A DNA stretch of 64,000 nucleotides. It comes from Blastocystis sp. Blastoise. Its lineage: Eukaryota; Protista; Bigyra: Opalinata. Positions 13,492 through 35,144 of the stretch are shown in pieces. Within the stretch, counting starts at the first letter, position 1. Each line of letters starts with the position of its first letter. The position numbers were made by a program, and so were the translations under genes. Location: NCBI GenBank assembly GCA_039096225.1, contig JBBPEB010000003.1, positions 992,001 through 1,056,000 of the forward strand. The letters are read 5' to 3'. The notes below the pieces were generated by a model, which saw only the letters and a program-made list of their open reading frames with translations, was not told the origin of the DNA and did not search any database.

Positions 13492-15264
13492 TTATTTGAA
13501 AGTAATTGCTTTTGTGTTTCTACTGTATATTGTTCAAGTATGGATAATACTTGAAGAAAATGCATAGTTTTATTATATCTAAATATATAAGAAATAAATT
13601 AAATGAATTATAGTTTTAAATGTGATAAATATAATAAATATAATAATATATAATATTATATAATAAATACTCTTTTTCAGTTTGAATAGGTTTCATAGAA
13701 GCATGAAATAATGAGTTATATTCATAATATAATGGAAATATATCATGATCAATAAGTAAGGAGTCTACGAAGCGTGTTTGTATATACTCTATCATAGTAT
13801 CTAATGTATTAGGTAATGAACTTATTGCAGATAGAGAAGTAGTTGTAGTTGATGATGATGATGATATTAAGGAAGTATTCTGATTAGATTCCATAGGTTT
13901 TTCTGGTGAATTATTATTATTATTATTATTATTGTCATTATTTATTTTCATTTCTTTTCGAGATCGTTTAATAGTCTTGGAATCTGATAATTGACGCTTA
14001 ATTCCTTTTGTATCTTAAATATATATATATATATAAATTATAAATTATAAATACATACTCTGTGATGAAAACTCCTTTGACTATATAATTAATCAATATA
14101 CAATATAAAAAAATAATTATATATATACAAATAATATTTCTTTATCTAAATTTTCTTTGGTTTCATCTGTTAATATATCTCTTAAAGCCGTTGAATGTTG
14201 TTTTATTATTGAGGGATGTATATGAATTTCTCCTATATATAGTAATATTATAAATATATAATATAAAATAAAATATTAATTACAATAGATACCCTTATAA
14301 ATAAAGCATATATCTTTGAGTAAATACATAATTTTAGTTTTAAACAAATATTCTGTAAATATATCTTTATATGAAGGGAATAAATCTTGTATACATTGAT
14401 CAAGAGATAATATAGAAGAAGAAGATATATGTAATAATAACCAATGTAATATATCCATATATAATTTTGAATTAATAGTCTATAACATAATAATATATAT
14501 ATATGATTCATCTTAAATATAAAAAAAATGAAACATATTTATATTAAAAATTTTTTTTATATACATTTAATTCTTCAATTGATTCTTTGATATCTATTTT
14601 TTGATTTGAAGAAGTTTCTATTGTTATATCCATAGAATCATGCTTTGATATTGATGGCTCTATAATATAATAATATAATAATATTTAATTATATTAAAAC
14701 AAATTTTATAAATCATATTTATATACCTATATCTATAATTGAATTATGTCTACTATTAATATGTTTCTCTTCTTGTTTTTGTAATGTTTTCAACACGATC
14801 TTAGATCTTCTTGGATTCACTAATATTTGATAATCAACTATACCTGTATTAGCATAAAATAATTCATCTTCATCATCATAAAAAGGAGATATAATCTCTG
14901 TTCGAGTCAAAGGCTTCGAAATTGTAAATGGAACTGTTTTATTGTCAAATGTTAATAACTAAAAATTAATAAAACTCATAATAATGATCTCCATTAATCA
15001 TCATATTAAAATTCATAGTATTACATAATAAAAATAATAGATATCATACATTATTTTTGGCTTCTTTATCATCAAATTGAATAAATGCTACTGGAGATGG
15101 ATCCTCTTTGTGCTTTATTAAATAATCTATATATTCTTCATCCAATCGTATATTCAATGATAGAGTCTCTTCAGATGGTAACGACCCAATCAACACATTC
15201 TATATTATAAAACGATCTTTTCAATACCTTACGATTCATATACTTCCAATAAAGTATCCTCCAT
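13492..15264 (-). CDS. Uncharacterised multi-exon protein, possibly RNA Pol II elongation factor ELL-like
   Basis: About 10 GT-AG-bounded exons from MEDTLLE|NVLIGSLPSEETLSLNIRLDEEYIDYL... to ...LEQYTVETQKQLLFK*. The gene is well supported; the ELL similarity is only a by-eye pattern. Confidence 0.6.
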
Positions 15265-15712
15265 AGTATTTAAATAAAGTCAGTGGTTTATAAAGAAAAA
15301 AAGAACATTTAAAAAATTTATATTTAAAAAATCATTTTCTCTCTATATTTTGACATTTTACCGTGATTTGTAGAATTAAAAAACTGTTTCTTTTAGTGTA
15401 ACTTCCAGAATGTTTCAGTTTCAGTTAAAAATACATTCAAACAGAGTCAGCTTCAGCTGAATTACTTTTCCTTGTTCTGAAATTACGAAAACTAAGAAAA
15501 TTCTCGAAGAAAAATGTGTCTTTATCAGAAGAATTCTTTTGCTTCCAGCAATTCATTTTTAAATCAAATAGAAATGACATAATTAGACAATTTATATTGT
15601 AATCCATTATTTTCATATCGTAAAGATATTTTATAAATTTTGATTATAATAAGTATGAAGTATATATATGATCATTTATAACATCTATTAGTTTTTGTAA
15701 AAAACGAATAAA

Positions 15713-20175
<4,463 letters not shown>

Positions 20176-20870
20176 ATATAGATATTACTTTTTTTTTTAA
20201 ACTTATATTGTTTATAATCATAATATAATAATATATTTATGCTTCCTTTTTTTCTTATCATTTTCCTATTGATTTATTTGTCATATCACATTTCCTATTG
20301 TTTTATTTGCCATATCACATTTTCTATATATCTATATAAGTATATATATTAATAGTTTTTTCTTTTAATTTGTTTTTCTACGTTATCTATAATGTGTGTG
20401 AAAATATTATTTTTTTGTTCTTTTTTTAATTAAAGTTTAGATTCAAATTACATAATTGACTCAACAATAATATTTCACTCAACTTCAGTAAACCATACAT
20501 AATAATTTTGCATGAATTATTCATTTAAGAATCAATTATAGTCCTATAATACTATAATTCTATTCCTATGATACTCCACAAGCATTCTAATTATGAATAT
20601 GCAAGATATATACTCAAATAGTGACTCTATAATACTTCAAAGAAAAATCTGAATAAGTCTGAAAATATCTTTAGAAAGACAATTCCAAAATAATTGTTTT
20701 ATTTATGATTATTTCAAAAACATAACTAATAAATCGAAATGTGTTTCCATTTCTAATGAGAAGAAAAACTTTCAGCATCTTTATAAAATTATTTTTTATT
20801 TCCTTTAGAATTTTATTATATAAAGTATATATATATATATTTCTTATATTTTATTAAGTAAAACGTAGAG

Positions 20871-21432
20871 ATGGCTCAATATAAAGAGATAATAGCTACG
20901 ATTCAAAGACCTTTTCCAGGATTTCGTTTTTATTGCGGATGTTTGGTTCTTATAGCTATTTTAAACTTAATTAGTCCTTCCGATGGTCGTGGTGATACAT
21001 TATTTACAATTCTGATGAATAAGGCATTACAAAGAGAACGAATCATACAACCGACAGGTATGTTTTTTATTTCAGAAAATAGAAAAATAATTATTTTAAA
21101 CATGTTTTTAGGTGGTTGGTCTTATCATAATGGAGAAATATCTTATGATGCATATGAAGAACAATTGAAGTTTACTATGAATCAAACGGAAAACCTTGTT
21201 ATGCGTTGTCTTGTTTTAAATTATACAAATTTTGAAGATCAAGATATTTTGATGGAAACAACTCCTTTTAATTATTTTTTACATAAAGATATTCTTGAAA
21301 ATATTTCAATTCCTCTTCATTTAAGTCTAGATAATGAATATAAATTAAAATGTGAATTAATTACTATTACACGTCAAAAAATATTAACTCAAGTTTTTCA
21401 TTCAAATGTATTCACAATTACAGGTATTTTTA

Positions 21433-21487
<55 letters not shown>

Positions 21488-22151
21488 TTATGTATATTAT
21501 ATATTATTTAGTTTTTATTATATATTATATATATTATATATATTATATATATAGATGATTCTGTTTCTTTTTCTCAGGGCATTGAACACAATGGAATTGT
21601 TTCATTTCTTATATATAATAATAGACGTTCCTCTATATATATATTACCAAATACATTAGATATATCACCACGTACTAATTATTTATTCCATGAAACAAGT
21701 TGTAAGTTTTTATCTAAAGATGAAATGATAACTACTAAAGAATTAGAAGATCATATTGATGGAGTCTTCTATAATAATAAAGTTATGCCTCAAAGTATTC
21801 AATCTGGAGTAAGCTATTATTATGTTTATTGTTATTATGTTTATTGTTATGTTTATTGTTATTATGTATTATTATGTTTATTATTATTATGTTTATTATT
21901 ATTATTGTTATTATATTTATTTATTTATTTTCTAAAATGTTTTTTACATCTCTCTATTATTATTTTTAATAATAATATATATATATATATATATTATTAT
22001 TATTATTATATATATATAGATTCCTAAAAAGGGTCAAGATTATCTTTGGTGTATAATAAAACGTAGAGATGAAGGTGGTGAACGATGGACTTATATTGTA
22101 AAGGAACCATATTTAGTTTATTCACCTCCAGAAACAAAATTAGAATACTAA
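20871..22151 (+). CDS. Uncharacterised protein with N-terminal hydrophobic anchor, 4 exons
   Basis: MAQYKEII...FRFYCGCLVLIAILNLIS hydrophobic segment. Three GT-AG introns join in frame to ...EPYLVYSPPETKLEY*. Confidence 0.65.
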
Positions 22152-22547
22152 AATTATAATTATAATTATAAAAAAACAGTTATTTACAATATATTTTAGC
22201 AAAAAAAAAATTTATATATATTTATTTTTTATATGTTTCAATTTTTCTATATATATATTTTTTAATTCTAAGGTTAATTTAAAAATGATCTATGAATACC
22301 AATTATTTTTTTAGAGAACATATTTCTCAACAAAACAAATATTTTTAAATGGAAAAAACAAAAACAAATAATGAATAGAAATGCATTATAAAATGTATTT
22401 TAAACGATACAAACAAGAAAAAGAACACATACAATAAAAATGATTTATATGAAAAAAGAAAATAAGAAAAGAAAAGAAATAGAGAATAATGAATACTATA
22501 TAATAAATATATTTAACAATATAATTATATATATATATATATATATC

Positions 22548-23603
22548 TTATTCTTCACTATCCATATTTTCTTCATTATCATTCATTTCTTCTTCTTCAG
22601 AAGGAAAAGAATCTGTATTATTATCATTATCACTATTTATGGATTCATTCTCATTATCATCATCATCATCATCATCATCTTCTTCATTACTATTATTAAC
22701 TTGTTTAGGTTGAGCTAATTGATCTTCATGTATTGTCAATAATGGTTTAGCAGAAACAGAAGTAGTCGAATTCTCTTGATCTTGAACGTGAGACATAATT
22801 AACTCAATACGACCAGTTAATTTTTGTAATTTCTTAAAAGAATTCACACGATTCTCTAATAACTATATATAACATAAAATATAATTTTTATAAATAGATA
22901 CTAATAGTATTATTATATATTTATTCAGATTATAAACATTATTCTAACAATAAATATATATATATTTATATACTCTATGTAAATATTCGACTTTCTTTGA
23001 TAATTCAGGTACTGACATTAAATATGAACTGTGCTTCAATAATATAGTCTTTATCCATATTAACAAAATATTTGCTCTCTATAAAGTTATGGAAATCATA
23101 TAAATATAATAAAACTATTTACACTATAACAAATAAATAAAGTAAAATGAATATATATAAAATTATACTCTAGGATTCTTTTCTAATCTTTCAACTAATA
23201 ATTCCAAAAGAGGAAATACATTTGCTACAGGTAATCTGGAAATTGTATCATCAATCACCTACATATAAATATATTATTTAAATGTAACTATTTTTTTAAA
23301 TTTATTGAAAAAATTGAAAAGTTTTGTAAATAATGCATAATAAAAACAAAAAATATATACATCTTGATCACGACAATTTAAGACACTTTCTAATAAATCA
23401 GAATCTTCAGTTTGAATACTTTGAACAAGAATTCCTTCTAAAGATCCAGTAGTAGGAAGAGGAACTCTCTTTTGTTCAAGTTCCTTTTCTTTAGCTTCTT
23501 CCTCAGCACGGTCTTCCATGATAGCATTTTCTAATTCTTCAAGTCTAGCACCAAAAGTTTGTTCTCCAGATTCAGGCATCGTATTATTATTCTTTGATTC
23601 CAT
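22548..23603 (-). CDS. Stand-alone Utp12 (Dip2/Utp12, Utp5/WDR43 C-terminal) domain protein of the SSU processome, acidic tail
   Basis: SLEGILVQSIQTEDSDLLESVL..RDQD|VIDDTISRLP...LLELLVERLEKNP|RANILLIWIKTILLKHSSYLMSVP...RVNSFKKLQKLTGRIEL followed by a D/E-rich tail. Confidence 0.85.
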
Positions 23604-24390
23604 TATAAATCTAACTATTTAAGGCTTAGAATAGATGATTATCGAGTTTATTTATTAATAAAGAAAAACCATACATTATTAGAAAAAATGAATATATTTA
23701 CGTTTATTTATAAGAATAGCGGACTCTTGTTTAAATAATCGTAAGAATCGAATGAGTATAGGCTTTTAGAAATTTTTTTTATTGTCTTTTTACAAATACA
23801 TATCATGAATTTCTTGTTTAAACAGTTGTAAATAGTGATTTCATGATGTACAGATATTTATATTGAAAAGATAATATAAAATAAATAAAATAAACAAATG
23901 AAAACTTTTTAAAAATGTATTTTAGGTATTAATATGTATCTGAACTTATTATGATGATTCAGTGTAATAAGGAAATAATCATTAGTTTTTAAAATACATC
24001 ATAAAATTGGACACTGATGAAAATATGTTTTGTTTTTTCAGATATTATACATTTTTTCAATATGAAATAATTCAATTAGCGTATTCAACAATTCTAAGAA
24101 CTTGAAATTATGTTAAAGAAACAACGAGAACAACATAATCTATCATTTGCTATTTTTTTATATGAATAACGATTTTTTATATATAGCTGATATCATTCAA
24201 TTATAAGACTTGTGACAGCAAAGCATAAACAGGTAATTGAGAACAAAAAACAATATGAAAAATAATCATGATTTTTTATTTTTCTCGAGTTCTTTTTCGA
24301 ATATAATTATTTTTAAAAACGCAAAAAAAAAAGATTCTCTTTTTATTCATTTATATTTCGCCGAATTAGTGTGTATATTAATATAAAACA

Positions 24391-28415
<4,025 letters not shown>

Positions 28416-29117
28416 AAGAAATAATTATAATATATTATTATTATTATTTCTTTAATTGATCTTAATTTAATGATTATCTTTCTTTCTATATATATATGAT
28501 TTGATTCTATATTTATAATAAATATCATTTTTATTATAATATTTTATTTATTTTCTATTTTTTCTTTTCATAAAAGAATTCGTTGTTCTATTTATATTTT
28601 TATATACACAAAAAAAAAGAATTATTTTTTTTTCAATTATATATATAATAAATGAATTTAATTACAATTAAAAACTCTTTTTCATTCAATTCATATAAAA
28701 TAATTCTATTTATATCTTTTCATTTCAAACACGAATCAAAACTATTTTCATTTATTTAATATATATATATATAAAGAATCAATATATTCATATCAAGAAG
28801 AATATATATATCTTTTATAAATATAAAAAAAATCAATTAAAATAAAAACTTCTCTTCTTTCACTCGTCATCAATAAAAAAAACTGAAAAAAAACTATAAA
28901 TAAAAACTATTTCTTAATGAGAATATAATTGGTTTATTCTTTATTAATTCATAAAAAATCAAATAAAATCTCTATTTGAAGAGTCAGTTCTATTTTATCT
29001 AAAAAAACTATAACAATAGAAACTCTACTATTTTTTCTTTCTATATATATCTTTTCACATAAATAAATATAAAAATAATAATATTATTATATTTATTTGT
29101 TATATTAAAACTATTCA

Positions 29118-32100
29118 ATGTTCTTCAATTTATCAGTTCTTCTTATATTATTCTTTTGTAAATAAATTTTTATATTATTATATTTTTTTATTCAAATCAA
29201 TATTAATAGTTACCCAACTTCATGCGAATCCTTTAGTCACATGTAGTCAAAATTATAGATTTCCTCAAACAATTAGTGGAGAAATAGCTACAATTCCTTG
29301 TTCTGGAAATATGGAAGGTTTTATCACTCGTTTATGTGATATAGATGGTATATGGTCAACTCCTGATTATTCTAATTGTATTCGAACTGTAAGATCAGGC
29401 AGTATTGCTATTACACAAAGAAATGCTGATGGAAGTGATACTTTTGAATTATTAATTCTAGATGAAATTCCTTCAGGAACAGATATTATGATAACAGATA
29501 ACGCTATTTTAGGAACAAAACAATTTAGAACAGGAGAAGGAATGTATCATAAAATACTTGAACGTACTTATTATCCAGGTGAATTACTTTATATAAGTAA
29601 TGAATATCCATTTAATCCATTTAATTTTATTAAAGTAAATAATTTTGATTTATCAGTAAAAGGAGATCAACTTACTATATTTACAGGTTCTTTTGATTAT
29701 ACATCTATTAATACTTGGATATTTAATCTTCATACACCAAAAATAACACAAGGATATGATTCTTTTTGTGATACAATTTGTTCTTCTACAAATTGTTATG
29801 AACCTTATTGGATGCCTAATAATACTTATTTATGGATTACTGCTCCTACTATAACTCGTTATTATGGATTATTATCAGGAACTAGAACAAATTTTCTTAA
29901 TAGTATTACAGATAGAAATAATTGGCAAACTACAGAAAATTCATTTTCTAATATTGCTTCTTATGATTGGTATACTATATATACAGAATCTGAAGATATT
30001 CATTGTTCTACAGAAGATGAATGGATAGAAATTGGTGCTCATGAAACACGTGTATTACCTTGTATTCATGTTTCAGGTATTCGTACTCGTTATTGTAATC
30101 CTAATGGACAATGGAATTCTATTGATTTATCTCTTTGTAATCAACAACAAACTATTACTTGTCCATTTGAAAATGAATGGCCTGCTACTACTAGTAATAC
30201 TATTATTACTTTATCTTGTCCTATTCCTATGTCTGGTATTCGAACACGTAAATGTAATTGGAATGGTAAATGGTTACCTGTTAATATGTCTCAATGTAAT
30301 GGCGATCTATTAAAAGGATCTGTTGCTATTGTTCAATATATATCTTTAAAACCTAATAAAATTGTTTTATTAACTACTATTACATTACCTATTCATACTC
30401 AAATTATTATTTCTGATTCTGGTTATACACAAAATAAAGAATTATTACCTCGTGAAAATATGGTTGCTTATACTATTAGTGATTCTCCTTTACCTGCTGG
30501 ATCTTTATTAACATATATTGCTTCTAATAATTTCTTAGAAATCAATTCTAATTGGAGACAAATAAGAGGATCTTCTTTTGATTTTGATCAAGATGGTGAT
30601 AATTTATTTGTTTTTATTGGTACTCCTTCTTCTCCTTATTTTATTTATGGATTAACTTATAATAATGATTGGCAAATTAAAGGTAGTGTTCTTGATCATA
30701 CTAGTTATTTACCTTATGAATTAGAATGGAATAATCGTATTTGTGCTCTTACTATTTATAATAATCATAGTAAAATATATAATGGTATTACAATAGATAC
30801 ACAAACAAATCTTCTTCTTTCTATTAAAAATGAACAAAATTGGATTTATTTAGAAGATCAAACTATTAATATTTCTAATAATAATTTTACAATACTTGGA
30901 AAAGAAAATGATTTAATTTGTCAACAAATTAATAATATACCTTCTTCTACATTAGGTGAACAATATATTTCTTTATGTCCTTCTGGAAATGGAACTATTA
31001 TATATACATGTATTTTTAATAATTTTCATGCTCAATGGAATTTAACTTCTAATACTTGTACTAATCTTACTCATCCTATTATTAATATTCATTATCCTTT
31101 TTCTAATTATCAATTAATTAAATCTATACCATTTACTATTACACCTATTATTCAAGGAGGAAATATATTATTTTGGAATATTTATCCTATTCTTCCTTTT
31201 GGATTTGAATTTAATACTCAAACTGGAATTATTACTGGAATTCCTCAAACTAATTCTGATTCTATTATTTATACTATTATAGCTACAGATATATATAATA
31301 TTCCTATTTCTATTTCACTTAATATTTCTTCTATTACTGGTTATTGTCAACAAGAAGATTCTTGGCCTAAAACTGAAATTGAATCTATTATTTCTATTCC
31401 TTGTCCTAATAATCTTTATTATACTGGATCACTTCAAAGATATTGTAAAAATATTAATCAATGGGATATTATTATTGATAATTGTATTCCTAATAAACCT
31501 ACTAATTTATCTTATTCATATACTATTCTTAATTATATTAAATATAATACTATTGAAACACTTATTCCTAATGTTACTGGTATTGTTACTTCTTGGACTG
31601 TTGAACCTCAATTACCTAATGGTCTTATTCTTAATTCTAATAATGGATATATTTCGGGTATACCTTATAATGTTACTGAACCTTCTATTTATACTATTTA
31701 TGCTAGAAATAGTGTTTCTTTTGAAAGTATTACTTTAACTATTTCTATTTCTAGTGATACTTGTGATTCTATTGATATTTGGCCATCGAAAAATATTGGT
31801 GAAATTATTATATTAAATTGTACTGAAGGATATACTGGATCTAAAAGTCGTGTTTGTATTTCTCAAGGTATTCATGCTATTTGGAGTGATATTATTGATA
31901 ATTGTATATTACTTCAACCTATTATTTCTTATTCACAATCTTCTTATACTTTATTAATTAATTCATCTATTATTCCTATTATTCCTATTACTCAAAATAT
32001 CATTAATAATTTTACTATTAATCCTTCTCTTCCTAATGGATTATTATTTAATACACAAACAGGAATTATTACAGGAATTCCTTCTCTTTTATCTTCTTCT

Positions 32101-35039
32101 ATTAATTATAATATTACTGCTTCTAATATATATTCTTCTATTACTATTCATCTTATTATTAATATTGTTAATAGTATTTGTTTTTCTGATGGAATATGGC
32201 CTGATACTCAAATTAATAATTATTCACAATTACCTTGTGATAATAATGAAGATTATATAGGTAATAAAACAAGACTTTGTAATCATATTTCTATTTGGGA
32301 AGATATTATTGATAATTGTGAAATGATTTCACCTACAAATATTCAATATAATTCTGAAAATAAACTTATTTTACGTATTAATATGTTAATAATTCCTATT
32401 ATTCCTACTTATAATCATATTATTACTAATTGGATTGCTATTACTCCTCTTCCTGATGGATTATTTCTTGATTCTATTACTGGTAAAATCTCTGGTATTC
32501 CTTCAATTATTACTAATGCTACTATATATCAAATAAAAGCATCAAATATACATTCAAATACTATTTTTAATATTATTATTGAAATATTACAATCAATATG
32601 TCAAGAAGAAGATGGATATCCATCTACTCTTATTAATCAAATTGCTATAAAACCTTGTGAAGATATTATTAATTATGAAGGAAATAAACAAAAAATATGT
32701 CAAGAAAATAATACTTGGTCTTCAGAAATTAATTATTGTATTCAAAAAGCTCCTTGGGATATTCATTATTCTACTAATAATATATTATTATTTAATAGAG
32801 GAGATATAATTAATAGTATTCCTACATTTAAAGGTATTGTTACAAATGTTACTGTTACTCCTAATCTTCCTAATGGATTATCTATTATTTCTAATTCTGG
32901 TATAATTACAGGTATTCCATTAATATTTTCTTCTTCTATTTCTTATATATTCAAATTTTCTAATTCTTATCAATATACATTTGTTAATATATCAATTTCT
33001 ATACAAACATCTTATTGTAATAAAGATACTATTTGGAATCAAACAGAAAAAGGAGAAACTGCTATTATACCTTGTGAAGATACTATTAATTATGAAGGAT
33101 CTCAAACAAGATATTGTACTAATACAAATCCTCCTCAATGGACTATACCTGTTAATGGTTGTATATTAAGATCTCCTTATAATATTCAATATCCTAATTC
33201 TAATTATACTTGGAATACAAATTATAATATTAATCCTATTACACCTACATATTCAGGTATAGTTACTCTTTGGACTATTACTCCTTCACTTCCTTTAGGT
33301 CTTACTATTAATCCAAATAATGGAAATATATATGGTACTCCTACTATTTCTATTTCAAATACTGCTTTTCTTATTACAGCTTCAAATTCTCAAAAATCAT
33401 CTAGTTATTATTTACAAATCTCTATTATTACTTTATATTGTCAATCACAATTTAATTTACCACAATTACCTGCTGGTCAATCAGCAACAACTATTTGTGA
33501 AAATAATTATCAATATCATGGTTCAAAAACATATATTTGTTCACTTACAAAACCACCTATATATATTCTTCAATATAATAATTGTATTATGAATACACCT
33601 GAAATTACTTATTCTTCTAATACATTTATATTTATTAAATCATCATTAATATATATGAATCCACCAATAATTAATGGTATTGTTACTTCTATTACTATAT
33701 CTCCTACTCTTCCTAATGGATTACAACTATTAACATCAAATGGAGTTATTTATGGTACTCCTACTGTTACTAGTAATAATACTCCTTATATTATTACATT
33801 CTCAAATAATGATTCAAATACATCTATTACTTTATATATTTCTGTTATTACATTAAATTGTCCTACTATGGGTATATTTTATTCTATTGAAAGAGGACAA
33901 TCATTATCTTTATCTTGTGGAAATTCTAATGAATGGATAGGAACACAATCACGATCATGTCTTATGCAAAATCCACCTGTTTGGGGACCTTTAATAAATA
34001 ATTGTTTAATGAAAACACCTTATTCTATTCATTATTCAAATCAAAATCATATTATTAAACAAATGATACCTATTCTTGATATTATTCCTTCTTATCAAGG
34101 AATAGTTACTTCATTTTCTATTCAACCAGATCTTCCTCTTGGATTAACATTAAATCCAATTACAGGTATAATCTATGGAATTCCTACTATATATACTTCT
34201 TATACAACATATACTATTACTCTTTCCAATGATAATAGTCATGCTATATATTTATTAGGATTCTCTGTAATAAAAAATACATGTTCTTCTATTGATGGTT
34301 TTCCTGAAACTCCTGTTACTCAAACTACTTATATACCTTGTAATGGAAATAAAAAAGGAATTATGTTAAGAACATGTATATATATAAATTCATTACCTAC
34401 ATGGGATACTATTGATACTAGTTTATGTACAATATATGAAGGATATGATATTCCTCCACCTTCAGGATATACATATCTTCGTATTAAAGGTATATTTGGA
34501 ATATCTCCACAACAATTTACAAATCAAAAACAATATTATCTTCAATATAGTATTTATGATATACTTTTTGATTTAAATATTAAATTATCAGATATTGTTA
34601 TTGAAAGTATACAAGATATATCTTATAAATATAGTAATAAAGTAACTAGTGAAGTTATTATTCGAATTACTTGTTTACTTGAACAAGTAGAAATAGTTAA
34701 AAGTAGATTAATTGTTATACAACAAACAAATCAACTCACAAATACACTTATTCATTATGATCAATCATTTAATTATGTATATATTATTTTATTTTATTTT
34801 ATTTTATTTTATTTTATTTTATTTTATTTTATTTATAGATTGATATTGATATTGATAATAGTTCTACAAGTATTGTATATGCTCCTGTAAATGTGAATGT
34901 TACAATAGTTACTCTAACGATTACTATTATTGCAATAATCATAATTATTATAGTTATTTTATTATTTATTATTTTTTTCTTTTTGTCGTTGATAAAAAAG
35001 AATAATTTATTTTTATCTCTCTCTTTCATTATTATATAA
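29118..35039 (+). CDS. ~1950-aa type-I surface protein: signal peptide, two bacterial-like extracellular domains, 12 four-Cys (hormone-receptor-domain-like) modules, 8 putative-Ig repeats, SEA-like domain, C-terminal hydrophobic segment
   Basis: MFFNLSVLLILFF|FTQLHANP signal. Eight LPxGL..N..TG.I.G.P repeats alternate with C-x4-W..T..G......C.....G...R.C....W.....C modules. The last exon 34839-35039 encodes a long hydrophobic run (3' end less certain). Confidence 0.85.
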
Positions 35040-35144
35040 TTCTATTTAATAATGATTTTATTTATTATTTATTTGTTTGTTTATTTAATATTTATTTATC
35101 ATTAAAAAAATAAGCAAAATAATCTTTTTAAAAACATATTAGAA

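Noticed and set aside
30032-33592. Leu/Ile-rich alternative-frame ORFs overlapping the Ig-repeat gene, and antisense ORFs such as 15739-15981, 36346-36717, 60203-60457
   Set aside because: Shadow frames produced by strong T/A third-position codon bias; no protein-like motifs.
35074-35081. TGTTTGTT, the Blastocystis motif tied to polyadenylation-created stop codons
   Set aside because: The upstream gene has a genomic TAA at 35037-35039 and every complete gene here has an encoded stop, so there is no evidence for poly(A)-generated stops in this window.
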